DNA of 64,000 nucleotides, taken from Hyphomicrobiales bacterium. Its GTDB lineage: Bacteria; Pseudomonadota; Alphaproteobacteria; Rhizobiales; JAJFHR01. The notes beneath the pieces are model-generated. The model had not been told where the DNA came from and ran no database searches. It saw only the letters and a list, made by a program, of their open reading frames with translations. This document shows, piece by piece, positions 55,303 to 64,000 of this stretch. Position 1 is the stretch's first letter. Each line of letters opens with the position of its first letter. A program made the translations under genes and the position numbers. The stretch is taken from the NCBI GenBank assembly GCA_021775475.1, contig JAJFHS010000053.1, forward strand, positions 172,271 through 236,270, given 5' to 3'.

Positions 55303-57276
55303 TCATGCCACGGTGTCCGTGTCCTTAACAAAACCCGCATTACTTGGTTTTCGCCTCTTGCCTTTGTTTTTATCTTTGACTTTGAATTTTTTCTTAGGCG
55401 GCTTTTTTGTTTCTTTTGTCTTTTTCACAAGCGGGCTTTCGGCTTCTGCGGGGCTTGTCGGCATAGCAACAAACCCGCGCCTTACCCCGGCTTTTGCACC
55501 GGCAGAAGGTTTGACAACGGATACAGGTTTTTTGTCCTGCCTGTCTTTTTTGCCTTTTTCGGCTTTTACTTCAGGCGCGGGTTCTGGTTGGTGTTTTGCG
55601 GGTTCTGGTCTGCGTTTTTTCGATTTAAACGGTTTTTTCTTGTCATACGCCGGTTTGGCAGCCTTGCCCTGAACACCGGCAGGTGCGGCATCCAGCCGGG
55701 CGGCAATTATGTTCTTCTCAATCTTGCCATCCGGGCCGATGGTTTCCAAAAACCGCTCCACAGCACCCGCTGCCAATTCCACAAAGGTTTGTTTTTCCTG
55801 AATTCTGATGGCCCCGATATCGCGCTTGTTGACCCCGCCTGCCCCGCACAACATCGGCAGTATCCAGCGTGGCTCCGCCCGGTCAGAGCGGCCAACGGAG
55901 AGGGCAAACCAGACGCTGTCCTTGAAACCATCAAATGATTTTTGCGCCCGCGCTTCGGGCGCAGGTACATCAAGCAAATCTTCAGGGGCCGATTGTCCGG
56001 CGCGATAAAGCCTAACGAACGCCGCCGCCACCTGTTCGGGCCCGTGGCGTGCCAGCAACTCGCTGGCAAACCCGGCCTCATGATCCTGGATAGGATTGCT
56101 TAAAATCGGGTCTTCAAGAATACGTTTGTCATCGCGGGCAATGACTTCTTCAGCCGTTGGCGGTTTGGCCCATTCAGCTTCAATCTTCGCACTCGCCAGC
56201 AGTCTTTCGGTACGCCGGCGGGCATTGTGCGGTACAATTAAGGTGCACACACCCTTGCGGCCGGCACGCCCGGTGCGCCCGCTTCGATGCAACAGGCTTT
56301 CCTTGTTTTTCGGCAAATCAGCATGAATGACCAGTTCCAGGTTTGGCAGATCAAGACCTCTGGCAGCAACGTCAGTGGCCACACACACCCGTGCGCGGCC
56401 ATCGCGCATGGCTTGTAACGCGTGGGTACGCTCGGTCTGGCTCAATTCACCCGACAGGGCGACGACCGAAAACCCGCGATTATGAAACCGGCTGGTGAGG
56501 CGGCCAACGGCGGCTCGCGTTGCACAAAACACCAGCGCATTTTTAGCTTCAAAATAACGCAACACATTAATAATGGCATTCTCGCGATCATTGTTGGCCA
56601 CCACAAGCGCGCGGTATTCGATGTCGCCATGCTGACTTTGTTCAGCACTTGTCGTTACCCGCACGGCATCATGTTGATACCGTTTGGCAATATTTACAAT
56701 GCTACGGGGAACGGTGGCCGAAAACATCAAGGTGCGGCGTTGTTTGGGTGCCGCTTCCAGAATAAACTCAAGATCTTCGCGAAATCCCAGATCGAGCATT
56801 TCATCGGCTTCATCCAGCACCACAGCCTTAAAACCGGTCGTATTCAGCGACCCACGCCCGATGTGATCGCGCAAGCGCCCCGGCGTTCCCACCACAATGT
56901 GAGCACCTTTACTAAGATTACGACGCTCGGTGCGCGCATCCATACCACCAACACAGGAAACGACAATGGCCCCGGTTTGCTCATAGAGCCATTCGAGTTC
57001 GCGTTTTACCTGCAAGGCAAGCTCACGTGTCGGTGCCACAACCAGCGCCAGCGGGGCTTTTGGTTTAGAGAATTTTTCTGCACCTTCCAATAAAGTGTCC
57101 GCAAAAGCCAGACCAAAAGCCACGGTTTTCCCCGACCCGGTCTGGGCCGACACCAGAAGATCGGCACGCCTAAGTTCCGGTTTCAGGATGGCCTGTTGCA
57201 CCGGCGTCAGATTGGCAAACCCTCGTTTACTCAACGCCGATCCAAGAGCCGGGACGATACCTTCAAATTCTTCCAT
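55303..57276 (-). CDS. DEAD-box ATP-dependent RNA helicase with DbpA-like RNA-binding domain and Lys-rich tail
   Basis: Q motif. AQTGSGKT, VLDEADEML, SAT and HRSGRTGRAG motifs. C-terminal WFALSVGRSDRAEPRWILPMLC (DbpA RBD-like), followed by a KKxK-rich tail. Confidence 0.92.
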   Translation of the reverse strand: MEEFEGIVPALGSALSKRGFANLTPVQQAILKPELRRADLLVSAQTGSGKTVAFGLAFADTLLEGAEKFSKPKAPLALVVAPTRELALQVKRELEWLYEQTGAIVVSCVGGMDARTERRNLSKGAHIVVGTPGRLRDHIGRGSLNTTGFKAVVLDEADEMLDLGFREDLEFILEAAPKQRRTLMFSATVPRSIVNIAKRYQHDAVRVTTSAEQSQHGDIEYRALVVANNDRENAIINVLRYFEAKNALVFCATRAAVGRLTSRFHNRGFSVVALSGELSQTERTHALQAMRDGRARVCVATDVAARGLDLPNLELVIHADLPKNKESLLHRSGRTGRAGRKGVCTLIVPHNARRRTERLLASAKIEAEWAKPPTAEEVIARDDKRILEDPILSNPIQDHEAGFASELLARHGPEQVAAAFVRLYRAGQSAPEDLLDVPAPEARAQKSFDGFKDSVWFALSVGRSDRAEPRWILPMLCGAGGVNKRDIGAIRIQEKQTFVELAAGAVERFLETIGPDGKIEKNIIAARLDAAPAGVQGKAAKPAYDKKKPFKSKKRRPEPAKHQPEPAPEVKAEKGKKDRQDKKPVSVVKPSAGAKAGVRRGFVAMPTSPAEAESPLVKKTKETKKPPKKKFKVKDKNKGKRRKPSNAGFVKDTDTVA

Positions 57277-57470
57277 TATTTTTCACCAGGGGGTTGGGGA
57301 GTTATATTCGCTGTCTTGTAGTGCCTGTTGAATGCATTGTACAGAAAACAAGAAAAACCATATCCAAAACATTCATGACGCAACGCGCTTTCCAGTTTCC
57401 GAGCAAGACTAATTGATCACATCGTGTTAGCAGATGATGACAAAGTTTATTGTACATAAAGGGCGGCAAA

Positions 57471-58625
57471 ATGCGGGCATCTATCGTCATATCTGCTGTG
57501 GTGGCGGTGCTGGTGGGTTTTGGCAGCACACTGGCTGTTATCCTCGCGGCAGCAAATGCACTCGGTGCCAGCCCAGAACAAACATCTTCGTGGGTGGCAG
57601 CCTTGTGTCTGTCGATGATGGTGACCACGGCGATATTAAGCATTCGCCACAAAATGCCCATCGTAACCGCATGGTCTACACCGGGAGCTGCGATTATTGC
57701 TGCATCTTCTGGTATTAGCATAAACGCTGCTGTGGGAGCGTTTATGCTCGCCGCTGCCCTAATTTTACTGACAGCGGCGCTACGCCCACTCGCCGCTTTG
57801 ATTGAAAAAATCCCTGCAACCATAGCCTCCGCCATGTTGGCCGGAGTGTTGTTCAGCTTTGTCATGGCGATTTTTGAACATCTGCAAAGCGCGCCCGCAC
57901 TGGTGTTTCCGCTTGTTGCAGCTTTTGCTGTCCTGCGCCTGTTTTCACCAACATGGGCGGTTTTGGCCGTTCTTGTGCTTGGCGTCGGTCTGGCCTATCA
58001 GTTGGGAATGACGCAGGAGATTGGCCCGATGCAACTATCCGCGTTAACATGGATTGCCCCGGAGTTTGAACCCGCCAGCCTCATCGGATTAGGGTTGCCG
58101 CTTTACATTGTCACCATGGCATCGCAAAACCTGCCCGGTTTTGCTGTACTCAAGGCAGCGGGATACAACGTGCCTTCCAGATCAATCCTGACAGTAACCG
58201 GCCTGGCCTCCCTGGTAAGTGCCGGAGTTGGCGCGCACACCTCAAACCTCGCCGCTATCACCGCCTCCCTGTGCACCGGTCCTGACACCCATCCCGATAA
58301 AGATAAACGCTGGCTTGCCGGTCCGGTCTATGCCGCTGGATATGGAATTATTGCCTTGTTTGGCGCGTCCCTGGTAACGCTGTTTGCAAGCTTCCCTCAA
58401 AGCCTGATTGCCACTGTTGCCGGCGTCGCTCTGGCCGGACCTCTCGTCGCAGCTTTGGGGGCCAGTATGACCAGGCCCGAAGATCGTTTTGCTGCTGTTA
58501 TTACCTTCCTCGTCACGGCTTCCGGCATAAGCGCATTTGGCATCGGCTCCGCCTTCTGGGGACTGGTTGCAGGACTTGCAGTCTTTGGGCTGGATAGATT
58601 GGCGAAACGGTTGCGGAAAATTTAA
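57471..58625 (+). CDS. benE: BenE-family benzoate/H+ symporter-like transporter
   Basis: Polytopic membrane protein with BenE-family N-terminus (SAVVAVLVGFGSTLAVILAAA). Start moved to ATG 57471. Confidence 0.75.
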   Translation: MRASIVISAVVAVLVGFGSTLAVILAAANALGASPEQTSSWVAALCLSMMVTTAILSIRHKMPIVTAWSTPGAAIIAASSGISINAAVGAFMLAAALILLTAALRPLAALIEKIPATIASAMLAGVLFSFVMAIFEHLQSAPALVFPLVAAFAVLRLFSPTWAVLAVLVLGVGLAYQLGMTQEIGPMQLSALTWIAPEFEPASLIGLGLPLYIVTMASQNLPGFAVLKAAGYNVPSRSILTVTGLASLVSAGVGAHTSNLAAITASLCTGPDTHPDKDKRWLAGPVYAAGYGIIALFGASLVTLFASFPQSLIATVAGVALAGPLVAALGASMTRPEDRFAAVITFLVTASGISAFGIGSAFWGLVAGLAVFGLDRLAKRLRKI

Positions 58626-58723
58626 GATTTAGATGGTGACACGCGCGGACTTGCAGGCTTATTTGGAACTGTGTATGTCATACAAAGACATGCAATCGGG
58701 CTCCTGAAATCGAATAGGCTTCA

Positions 58724-59500
58724 ATGTCGCAACACCAAAATACTAATGTTAAAACCGTCCTGATAACCGGGGCAGCCCAACGCATCGGGCGCGCTATTGC
58801 GCTGGATTTTGCCCAAAACGGCTGGAATGTAGCTGTGCATTATCATCGATCGCGCGAACAGGCCGAGCAGGTTGCAAAAGAAATTGAAAACCTGGGACGT
58901 AAAGCCTTATGCGTTAAATGTGATCTCGCGGACGCTTCTGCCGCCGAGACAATTTTCAGCCAGACGGCCCGCCATCTGGGGCTAGTGTCATGTCTCATCA
59001 ATAACGCTTCAGTCTTTGAGCCAGACGATATCACTTCAGTATCAGCGGCCAGCTGGGCACTGCATCTCGATGTAAACCTCAAGGCACCGGTGTTTTTAGC
59101 CCAGTCTTTTTCCGCCCAGCTTGAGCCCGGCATGGATGGTAATATCATCAACCTGATTGATCAACGCGTGTGGAAACTCAATCCGCAATTTCTGTCCTAC
59201 ACCACCAGCAAAGCCGCATTGTGGACCTTGACGCGCACACTTGCGCAAGGACTGGCGCCCGCCATCCGGGTCAACGCCATCGGCCCCGGCCCGGCTCTGC
59301 CCAATGAGCGCCAGCGCCGTCAGGATTTTGACCGCCAGGTCTGCGCCACTTTGTTAAATCGCGGCACGAGCCCGGAAGAAATTTGCCGGACAATACAGTT
59401 TATCCTTGCAACACCCGCCATGACCGGACAAATGATAGCACTTGATGGCGGCCAACATCTGGCCTGGCGCACCGCCGATGTTGTTGGCATTAAAGAATAG
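58724..59500 (+). CDS. SDR-family oxidoreductase (pteridine-reductase-like, FolM type)
   Basis: TGAAQRIGRAIA cofactor motif. Catalytic YTTSKAAL (YxxxK). Immediately upstream of folB. Confidence 0.75.
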   Translation: MSQHQNTNVKTVLITGAAQRIGRAIALDFAQNGWNVAVHYHRSREQAEQVAKEIENLGRKALCVKCDLADASAAETIFSQTARHLGLVSCLINNASVFEPDDITSVSAASWALHLDVNLKAPVFLAQSFSAQLEPGMDGNIINLIDQRVWKLNPQFLSYTTSKAALWTLTRTLAQGLAPAIRVNAIGPGPALPNERQRRQDFDRQVCATLLNRGTSPEEICRTIQFILATPAMTGQMIALDGGQHLAWRTADVVGIKE

Positions 59501-59532
59501 ACGTAACATCACAATCGAAAAGAGGTATCGAA

Positions 59533-59946
59533 ATGACACAATCTGCGAGCAAACCCGCCGTCAATATTGCCGATGCCATCCGCTCCATCAGACATGTGTT
59601 CATAACCGATCTCACTTTGGACGCACTCATCGGCGTTTATGAACATGAAATAATCAACCCGCAAAAAATAGTTATCAACATTGACCTGACTGTGAGCGAA
59701 GATAAAAATTCGATTGATGACAAGTTGATGGGTGTGGTCTGCTATGAGACCATCGTCAACAAGATCAAGACCATCATTGCTGCGGGTCACGTCAATCTGG
59801 TCGAAACACTGGCCGAACAATTCGCCGATGCCTGTCTCGAAGATAGCCGCGTTATTGCCGCCCGCATTCGCCTGGAAAAACCACAAGCCATATCTGAAGC
59901 CGCCAGTGTCGGCATAGAAATCGAGCGTTCCAACCCGCGCAGTTGA
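59533..59946 (+). CDS. folB: dihydroneopterin aldolase
   Basis: 137 aa. [29 protein letters not shown], typical of the FolB N-terminus. Confidence 0.8.
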   Translation: MTQSASKPAVNIADAIRSIRHVFITDLTLDALIGVYEHEIINPQKIVINIDLTVSEDKNSIDDKLMGVVCYETIVNKIKTIIAAGHVNLVETLAEQFADACLEDSRVIAARIRLEKPQAISEAASVGIEIERSNPRS

Positions 59947-59960
59947 TAATTGAAGAAAGC

Positions 59961-61850
59961 ATGCCAGAAAACACGACCACCACTATTGAACCGGTAAAAT
60001 CTGGCCCCGAGGTCATCAAGGCCTTCCTAAAAACCCTGCCCTCAGGCCCCGGCGTCTATCGCATGTTGAACGACAAGGGAGATATCCTTTATGTCGGCAA
60101 GGCGCGCAGCTTAAAAAAACGCGTACAAAGCTACACCCGCATGATGGGTCACACCAACCGGATTGCCCAGATGATCCTGTTGACCAGCGACATGGAATTT
60201 ATCACTACCGCCACCGAGGCCGATGCCCTGCTGCTTGAGGCCAATTTGATCAAGCGCTTCAAGCCCCGGTTCAATGTGGTGCTGCGCGATGATAAATCCT
60301 TCCCCTATATTCTCCTTGCCCGCGACCATGACATTCCCCAGTTGGTCAAACACCGTGGTGCGCGCAATCGCAAGGGCGATTATTACGGACCCTTTGCCTC
60401 TGCCGGTGCCGTCAACCGCACCATAAACACCCTGCAACGGGCATTTTTGCTCAGATCATGTTCTGATTCCGTCTACGAAAACCGCTCGCGACCCTGCCTA
60501 TTGTACCAGATAAAAAGATGCAGCGCGCCGTGTACCGATGAAATATCGAAAGACGATTATGCCCGTCTCGTCGACCAGACTTCAGTCTTTCTGTCCGGCC
60601 GCAACCAGTCGGTTCACGATCGGTTGCATAAGTTGATGGAGGTGGCCAGCGCCGCGCTTGATTTTGAACAAGCCGCCATTTACCGCGACCGCATTTCAGC
60701 ACTCAGCCACATACAGGCCCATCAGGGCATCAATCCCAAGCACGTCAAGGAAGCTGACGTATTTGCGCTTCATCGTGCTGGCGGCGAAGTGTGTATTCAG
60801 GTGTTTTTCTTCCGCGCCGGTCAAAACTGGGGCAATCGCGCCTATTTCCCCCGCGCCGATAAAAGCCATGAGGAAGCGGAAATTCTCGAGAGTTTTCTCG
60901 CCCAGTTTTACGACGACAGACCGGTGCCAAAGACCCTGCTGCTCAGTCATGACATCCCATCACAAAAGCTTCTGCAAAGCGCCTTGAGCATTAAATCAGA
61001 CCGCAAAGTCGATGTGCTTATTCCCCAGCGCGGTGAGAAAAAACTGCTGGTCGGCCATGCCCAGACCAATGCGCGCGAAGCACTCGAACGTCGCATGGCC
61101 GAAACGGCCTCGCACAAAAAACATCTGCTCAAACTGGCGGAACTATTTGATCTCGAAAGCCCGCCTGCCCGCATCGAAATTTACGACAACAGCCACATTC
61201 AGGGCAGCCATCCAGTCGGTGCCATGGTGGTTGCCGGGCCAGACGGGTTTTTAAAAAACCAGTACCGAAAATTCAACATCAAGGACAAAAACACCAAACC
61301 CGGTGATGATTATGCCATGATGCGCGAAGTGATGACACGACGTTTCAGCCGCCTGCTGCGCGAAGCCGACAAGGCTGAAACAGCGACCGAAGAAAACCCC
61401 TGGCCCGATCTCCTGATTATAGACGGTGGCAAGGGGCAGTTGAGTTGTGTCAACGAGGTCCTGGAAGATCTGGGTATTGACGAATTAAACGTCGTCGCCA
61501 TATCCAAAGGACCGGACCGCAACGCCGGGCGCGAGAATTTCCATATGAAGGAAAAACCGGCATTCATTCTGGAACCCAGAGACCCGGTGTTGTATTATAT
61601 TCAAAGATTGCGTGATGAAGCGCACAGGTTTGCCATTGGCTCTCACCGTGCGCGGCGTAAAAAAGCCCTTGGCACATCGCCGCTTGATGAGATTGCCGGT
61701 ATAGGTCCGGGGCGCAAAAAAGCGCTGTTAAGGCAGTTTGGCTCAGCAAAAGCTGTAAGTCGCGCTGGATTAACTGACCTAGAATCGGTAAAAGGTGTAA
61801 GCAAATCTATGGCCCAGATAATTTACGATCATTTCCACTCGACTTCGTAG
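59961..61850 (+). CDS. uvrC: excinuclease ABC subunit C
   Basis: GIY-YIG ([19 protein letters not shown]). UVR domain ([16 protein letters not shown]). Endonuclease V-like and (HhH)2 C-terminus. Start at ATG 59961 (TTG 59943 possible). Confidence 0.93.
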   Translation: MPENTTTTIEPVKSGPEVIKAFLKTLPSGPGVYRMLNDKGDILYVGKARSLKKRVQSYTRMMGHTNRIAQMILLTSDMEFITTATEADALLLEANLIKRFKPRFNVVLRDDKSFPYILLARDHDIPQLVKHRGARNRKGDYYGPFASAGAVNRTINTLQRAFLLRSCSDSVYENRSRPCLLYQIKRCSAPCTDEISKDDYARLVDQTSVFLSGRNQSVHDRLHKLMEVASAALDFEQAAIYRDRISALSHIQAHQGINPKHVKEADVFALHRAGGEVCIQVFFFRAGQNWGNRAYFPRADKSHEEAEILESFLAQFYDDRPVPKTLLLSHDIPSQKLLQSALSIKSDRKVDVLIPQRGEKKLLVGHAQTNAREALERRMAETASHKKHLLKLAELFDLESPPARIEIYDNSHIQGSHPVGAMVVAGPDGFLKNQYRKFNIKDKNTKPGDDYAMMREVMTRRFSRLLREADKAETATEENPWPDLLIIDGGKGQLSCVNEVLEDLGIDELNVVAISKGPDRNAGRENFHMKEKPAFILEPRDPVLYYIQRLRDEAHRFAIGSHRARRKKALGTSPLDEIAGIGPGRKKALLRQFGSAKAVSRAGLTDLESVKGVSKSMAQIIYDHFHSTS

Positions 61851-61878
61851 TGATTTGATGTTTCGGTAATTAAGCAAA

Positions 61879-62472
61879 ATGGCAAATATTCACCATGACC
61901 GCGGGATGCAGGTAACCAGTCTGCCCAACCTGTTGACCTACGCCCGCATCTTGGCGGTGCCAGCGCTCGTCGCCACATTTTATTTTGACGGCATGACGGC
62001 GCGGTGGACTGCCTTGGGGATATTTATTGTCGCTGGCATTACCGATTTCCTCGACGGCTACCTCGCCCGCGCCCTCGACCAGCAATCATCGCTTGGTCGC
62101 ATGCTTGATCCCATTGCCGATAAGCTCATCGTTGCCTCTGCCCTGTTGATGCTGGCCAGCGATGATACAATTGCCGGATGGTCCCTGATCCCGGCAATCG
62201 TCATCCTTATGCGCGAGATACTGGTCTCAGGATTGCGCGAATTTCTGGCTGAGCTGCAAATAAGTGTGCCCTCAAGCCGACTGGCAAAATGGAAAACGGC
62301 TGTCCAGATCATCTCAATCTGCTTCCTGCTCGCCGGGGACGCCGGTGAGACAGTTTTGCCGGGAACGCTTGAAATCGGTATCACAGGCTTATGGTTTGCC
62401 GCCATCATCACGCTGATAACCGGTTTCGAATATTTCCGCGCCGGTATCAAACATCTGCTGGAACAGGATTAA
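61879..62472 (+). CDS. pgsA: CDP-diacylglycerol--glycerol-3-phosphate 3-phosphatidyltransferase
   Basis: CDP-alcohol phosphotransferase motif DFLDGYLARALDQQSSLGRMLDPIADK. TAATG overlap with moaD. Confidence 0.9.
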   Translation: MANIHHDRGMQVTSLPNLLTYARILAVPALVATFYFDGMTARWTALGIFIVAGITDFLDGYLARALDQQSSLGRMLDPIADKLIVASALLMLASDDTIAGWSLIPAIVILMREILVSGLREFLAELQISVPSSRLAKWKTAVQIISICFLLAGDAGETVLPGTLEIGITGLWFAAIITLITGFEYFRAGIKHLLEQD

Positions 62473-62723
62473 TGAAAATACTCTATTTCGCCTGGGTAAG
62501 ACAAAAAGCCGGTATCGCCGAAGAAGACATCGACCTGCCACCGGAAGTAAAAACCCTGAGCGACCTCGTCCACTGGCTAAAGGCCCGAGGCCCGGAATTC
62601 GAAGCAGCCTTCGCCGACATAAAATCAGTCCGCGCCGCCATCGACCAAACCCACGCCAAGCTTGATGCCCGCATAGAAGGTGCCAAAGAAATAGCCTTCT
62701 TCCCGCCGGTTACCGGTGGGTAA
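62472..62723 (+). CDS. moaD: molybdopterin synthase sulfur-carrier subunit
   Basis: 83 aa, starting MKILYFAWVRQKAG and ending in the diagnostic C-terminal GG (FFPPVTGG). Start moved from 62391 to ATG 62472. Confidence 0.88.
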   Translation: MKILYFAWVRQKAGIAEEDIDLPPEVKTLSDLVHWLKARGPEFEAAFADIKSVRAAIDQTHAKLDARIEGAKEIAFFPPVTGG

Positions 62724-62770
62724 AGCAGAAAAACCAGACGTCACCCCCCCGGCACTCTCCGGCCACCCCC

Positions 62771-63021
62771 CGTCATCTCCACGCAAACCCTCGTCATCTC
62801 CGCGAAGGCGGAGATCTTCTAACGGCATTTACGCAATGTAACCCGCATCCAATCAACCCCTCTCAATCCGTAATCTCCAGGCATCCAATTGCCCCTCTTA
62901 ATCCGTCATCCCCGGGCTTGTCCCGGGGATCCATTCCTCAATTCCCTCGGCCAAAACGCACTATCATTGCTTTCGAAAACCCAACGCTATGGATCCCCGG
63001 GTCAAGCCCGAGGATGACGAA
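62771..63021. repeat. cluster of REP-like palindromes and degenerate half-copies (BIME-like)
   Basis: CGTCATCTCC half-copy at 62771. Hairpin ATCTCCGC-GAAG-GCGGAGAT at 62796-62815. A 34-nt imperfect direct repeat (62845-62878 versus 62881-62913). Hairpin ATCCCCGGG-CTTGT-CCCGGGGAT at 62908-62930. An inverted-orientation copy GGATCCCCGGGTCAAGCCCGAGGATGACGAAG at 62991-63021. Confidence 0.75.
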
Positions 63022-63206
63022 GAAGGATGGTCTTGCAACCTGCTAAATGCAGCATGCGCCAGCCGAAAGAAGATTCGTTTGTGAACTTAGCAGCTTCTAA
63101 AATAGCTTCCCGCTCTTGCTTGAAACAGTTATGATCAAAACTGTTTCAATGATCGTTTTACACGGAACCGCAGGACACAGACTTTGTCTCACTGCATCCG
63201 AGTGCC

Positions 63207-64000
63207 CTACCCCTTAGGCTGCACTTCCTTCGCATAATCCTCAACCAGCGTCTTGGTAATATCTCCGACCTCAAAACTATACGGGCCGATCTCTGATACC
63301 GGGGTTACTTCGGCGGCTGTTCCGGTCAGGAAGCATTGTTCGAAACCGGTCATTTCTTCTGGCTGGATGGTGCGTTCTATCACTTCTATCTGGCGGGCGC
63401 GCGCAAGGTCTATGACCGTGCGCCGGGTGATGCCGTCGAGGAATGTTGCCGGTGTTGGCGTATGCAGGCACCCTTCCTTGACGAAGAAAACATTGGCGCC
63501 GGTGGCTTCGGCCACGGCTCCCTTGTGATCGAGCATCAAGGCATCGGCATAGCCGCGTCTTTCGGCGGCGTGTTTGGAAAGCGTGCAGATCATGTAAAGG
63601 CCAGCGGCCTTGGCTTTGCACGGGATGGTGGCGGGATCGGGCCGACGGTATATGGCTTGATCGAGGCGGATGCCCTTGAAGCGTTCTTCGGGCGAGAAGT
63701 AGGACGGCCATTCCCATACGGCGACGGCAACGTTGATTTTGCTGATCTGGGCCGAGACCCCCATCATTTCAGAGCCGCGCCAGGCAACCGGGCGCACATA
63801 GCCATCAACGATGTTTTGTGCGGCAACCGCATCCTTGCAGGCCTGATCAATTTCTTCAACTGTATAAGGAATTTCAAAATCAAGCATGCGCCCGCTGTCA
63901 ATCAGGCGCTGGGAATGTTCGCGCAACTTGAAGATGGTACCGCCATAAACGCGCTCGCCTTCAAACACCGAACTGGCATAATGCAGGGCATGACTGAGCA
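63207..64000 (-). CDS. ilvE: branched-chain amino acid aminotransferase (class IV), C-terminal part; the N-terminus lies beyond the right window edge
   Basis: GANVFFVKEG ... GITRRTVIDLA ... FLTGTAAEVTPV motifs. The reading frame stays open to position 64000. Confidence 0.88.
   Translation of the reverse strand, partial: LSHALHYASSVFEGERVYGGTIFKLREHSQRLIDSGRMLDFEIPYTVEEIDQACKDAVAAQNIVDGYVRPVAWRGSEMMGVSAQISKINVAVAVWEWPSYFSPEERFKGIRLDQAIYRRPDPATIPCKAKAAGLYMICTLSKHAAERRGYADALMLDHKGAVAEATGANVFFVKEGCLHTPTPATFLDGITRRTVIDLARARQIEVIERTIQPEEMTGFEQCFLTGTAAEVTPVSEIGPYSFEVGDITKTLVEDYAKEVQPKG

Noticed and set aside
55303-55700. Apparent short-period repetition (AAGAAA/AAACC-type) that could be mistaken for a tandem-repeat or CRISPR-like array
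   Set aside because: It is in frame within the helicase and encodes a Lys/Pro/Ala-rich basic tail. There is no repeat-spacer periodicity, and no cas genes are present in the window.
55231-55938. 235-aa plus-strand ORF rich in F/R/C
   Set aside because: It is antisense to the Lys-rich C-terminal tail of the DEAD-box helicase. AAG/AAA codons read as CTT/TTT on the opposite strand, and the composition is implausible for a real protein.
57302-57865. 187-aa minus-strand ORF
   Set aside because: It overlaps the benE-family transporter, whose TM pattern is convincing. It is a shadow ORF with an Ala-rich translation.
62625-62828. 67-aa minus-strand ORF (…LRLRGDDEGLRGDDGGW…) in the moaD-ilvE gap
   Set aside because: Its repetitive translation arises from reading through REP palindromes, and it overlaps the moaD 3' end. 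This is the classic spurious REP-encoded ORF.

Overview
This 64-kb window looks like a chromosomal segment of a marine alphaproteobacterium. That assignment is an inference from dnaG-rpoD and uvrC-pgsA-moaD synteny, a proteobacterial sortase/VIT-vWA pair, and dispersed GTCAT(C/T)CCC-type REP palindromes. GC looks mid-range by eye and was not computed.

I support about 62 protein genes, mostly housekeeping or metabolic:
- Information processing: rpoD, dnaG, uvrB, uvrC, a DEAD-box helicase.
- Metabolism: carA, aspartate aminotransferase, ilvE, folB, pgsA, moaD.
- Regulators: Lrp/AsnC, LysR, SoxR, Crp/Fnr.
- Transporters: SulP, MFS, BenE.

I saw no rRNA, tRNA, CRISPR array, IS/transposase, integrase or phage gene. 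I did not find a compelling multi-gene novel system such as a defence island.

The items most worth follow-up are:
1. An AT-rich ~1-kb islet (8.3-9.3 kb). It holds a consensus promoter buried in a perfect 33-bp palindrome, a candidate sRNA or 21-codon micro-ORF, a possibly bidirectional terminator, and a convergent orphan 210-aa ORF.
2. An amidinotransferase-family gene cut by an in-frame TAA just before its catalytic-Cys motif, with the downstream frame and an ATGA overlap still intact.
3. Two diverged paralogs of an exported CesT/YbjN-like protein, one beside a GAF-cyclase and one beside a Crp/Fnr regulator.
4. A lower-GC glycan-modification cluster (35-43.6 kb) with a translationally coupled kinase-methyltransferase pair.
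5. Gene remnants (an MBL-hydrolase fragment and an enolase-superfamily stub) and a REP cluster sitting where moaE would be expected.

All functional calls rest on motif recognition by eye. No database search was run.
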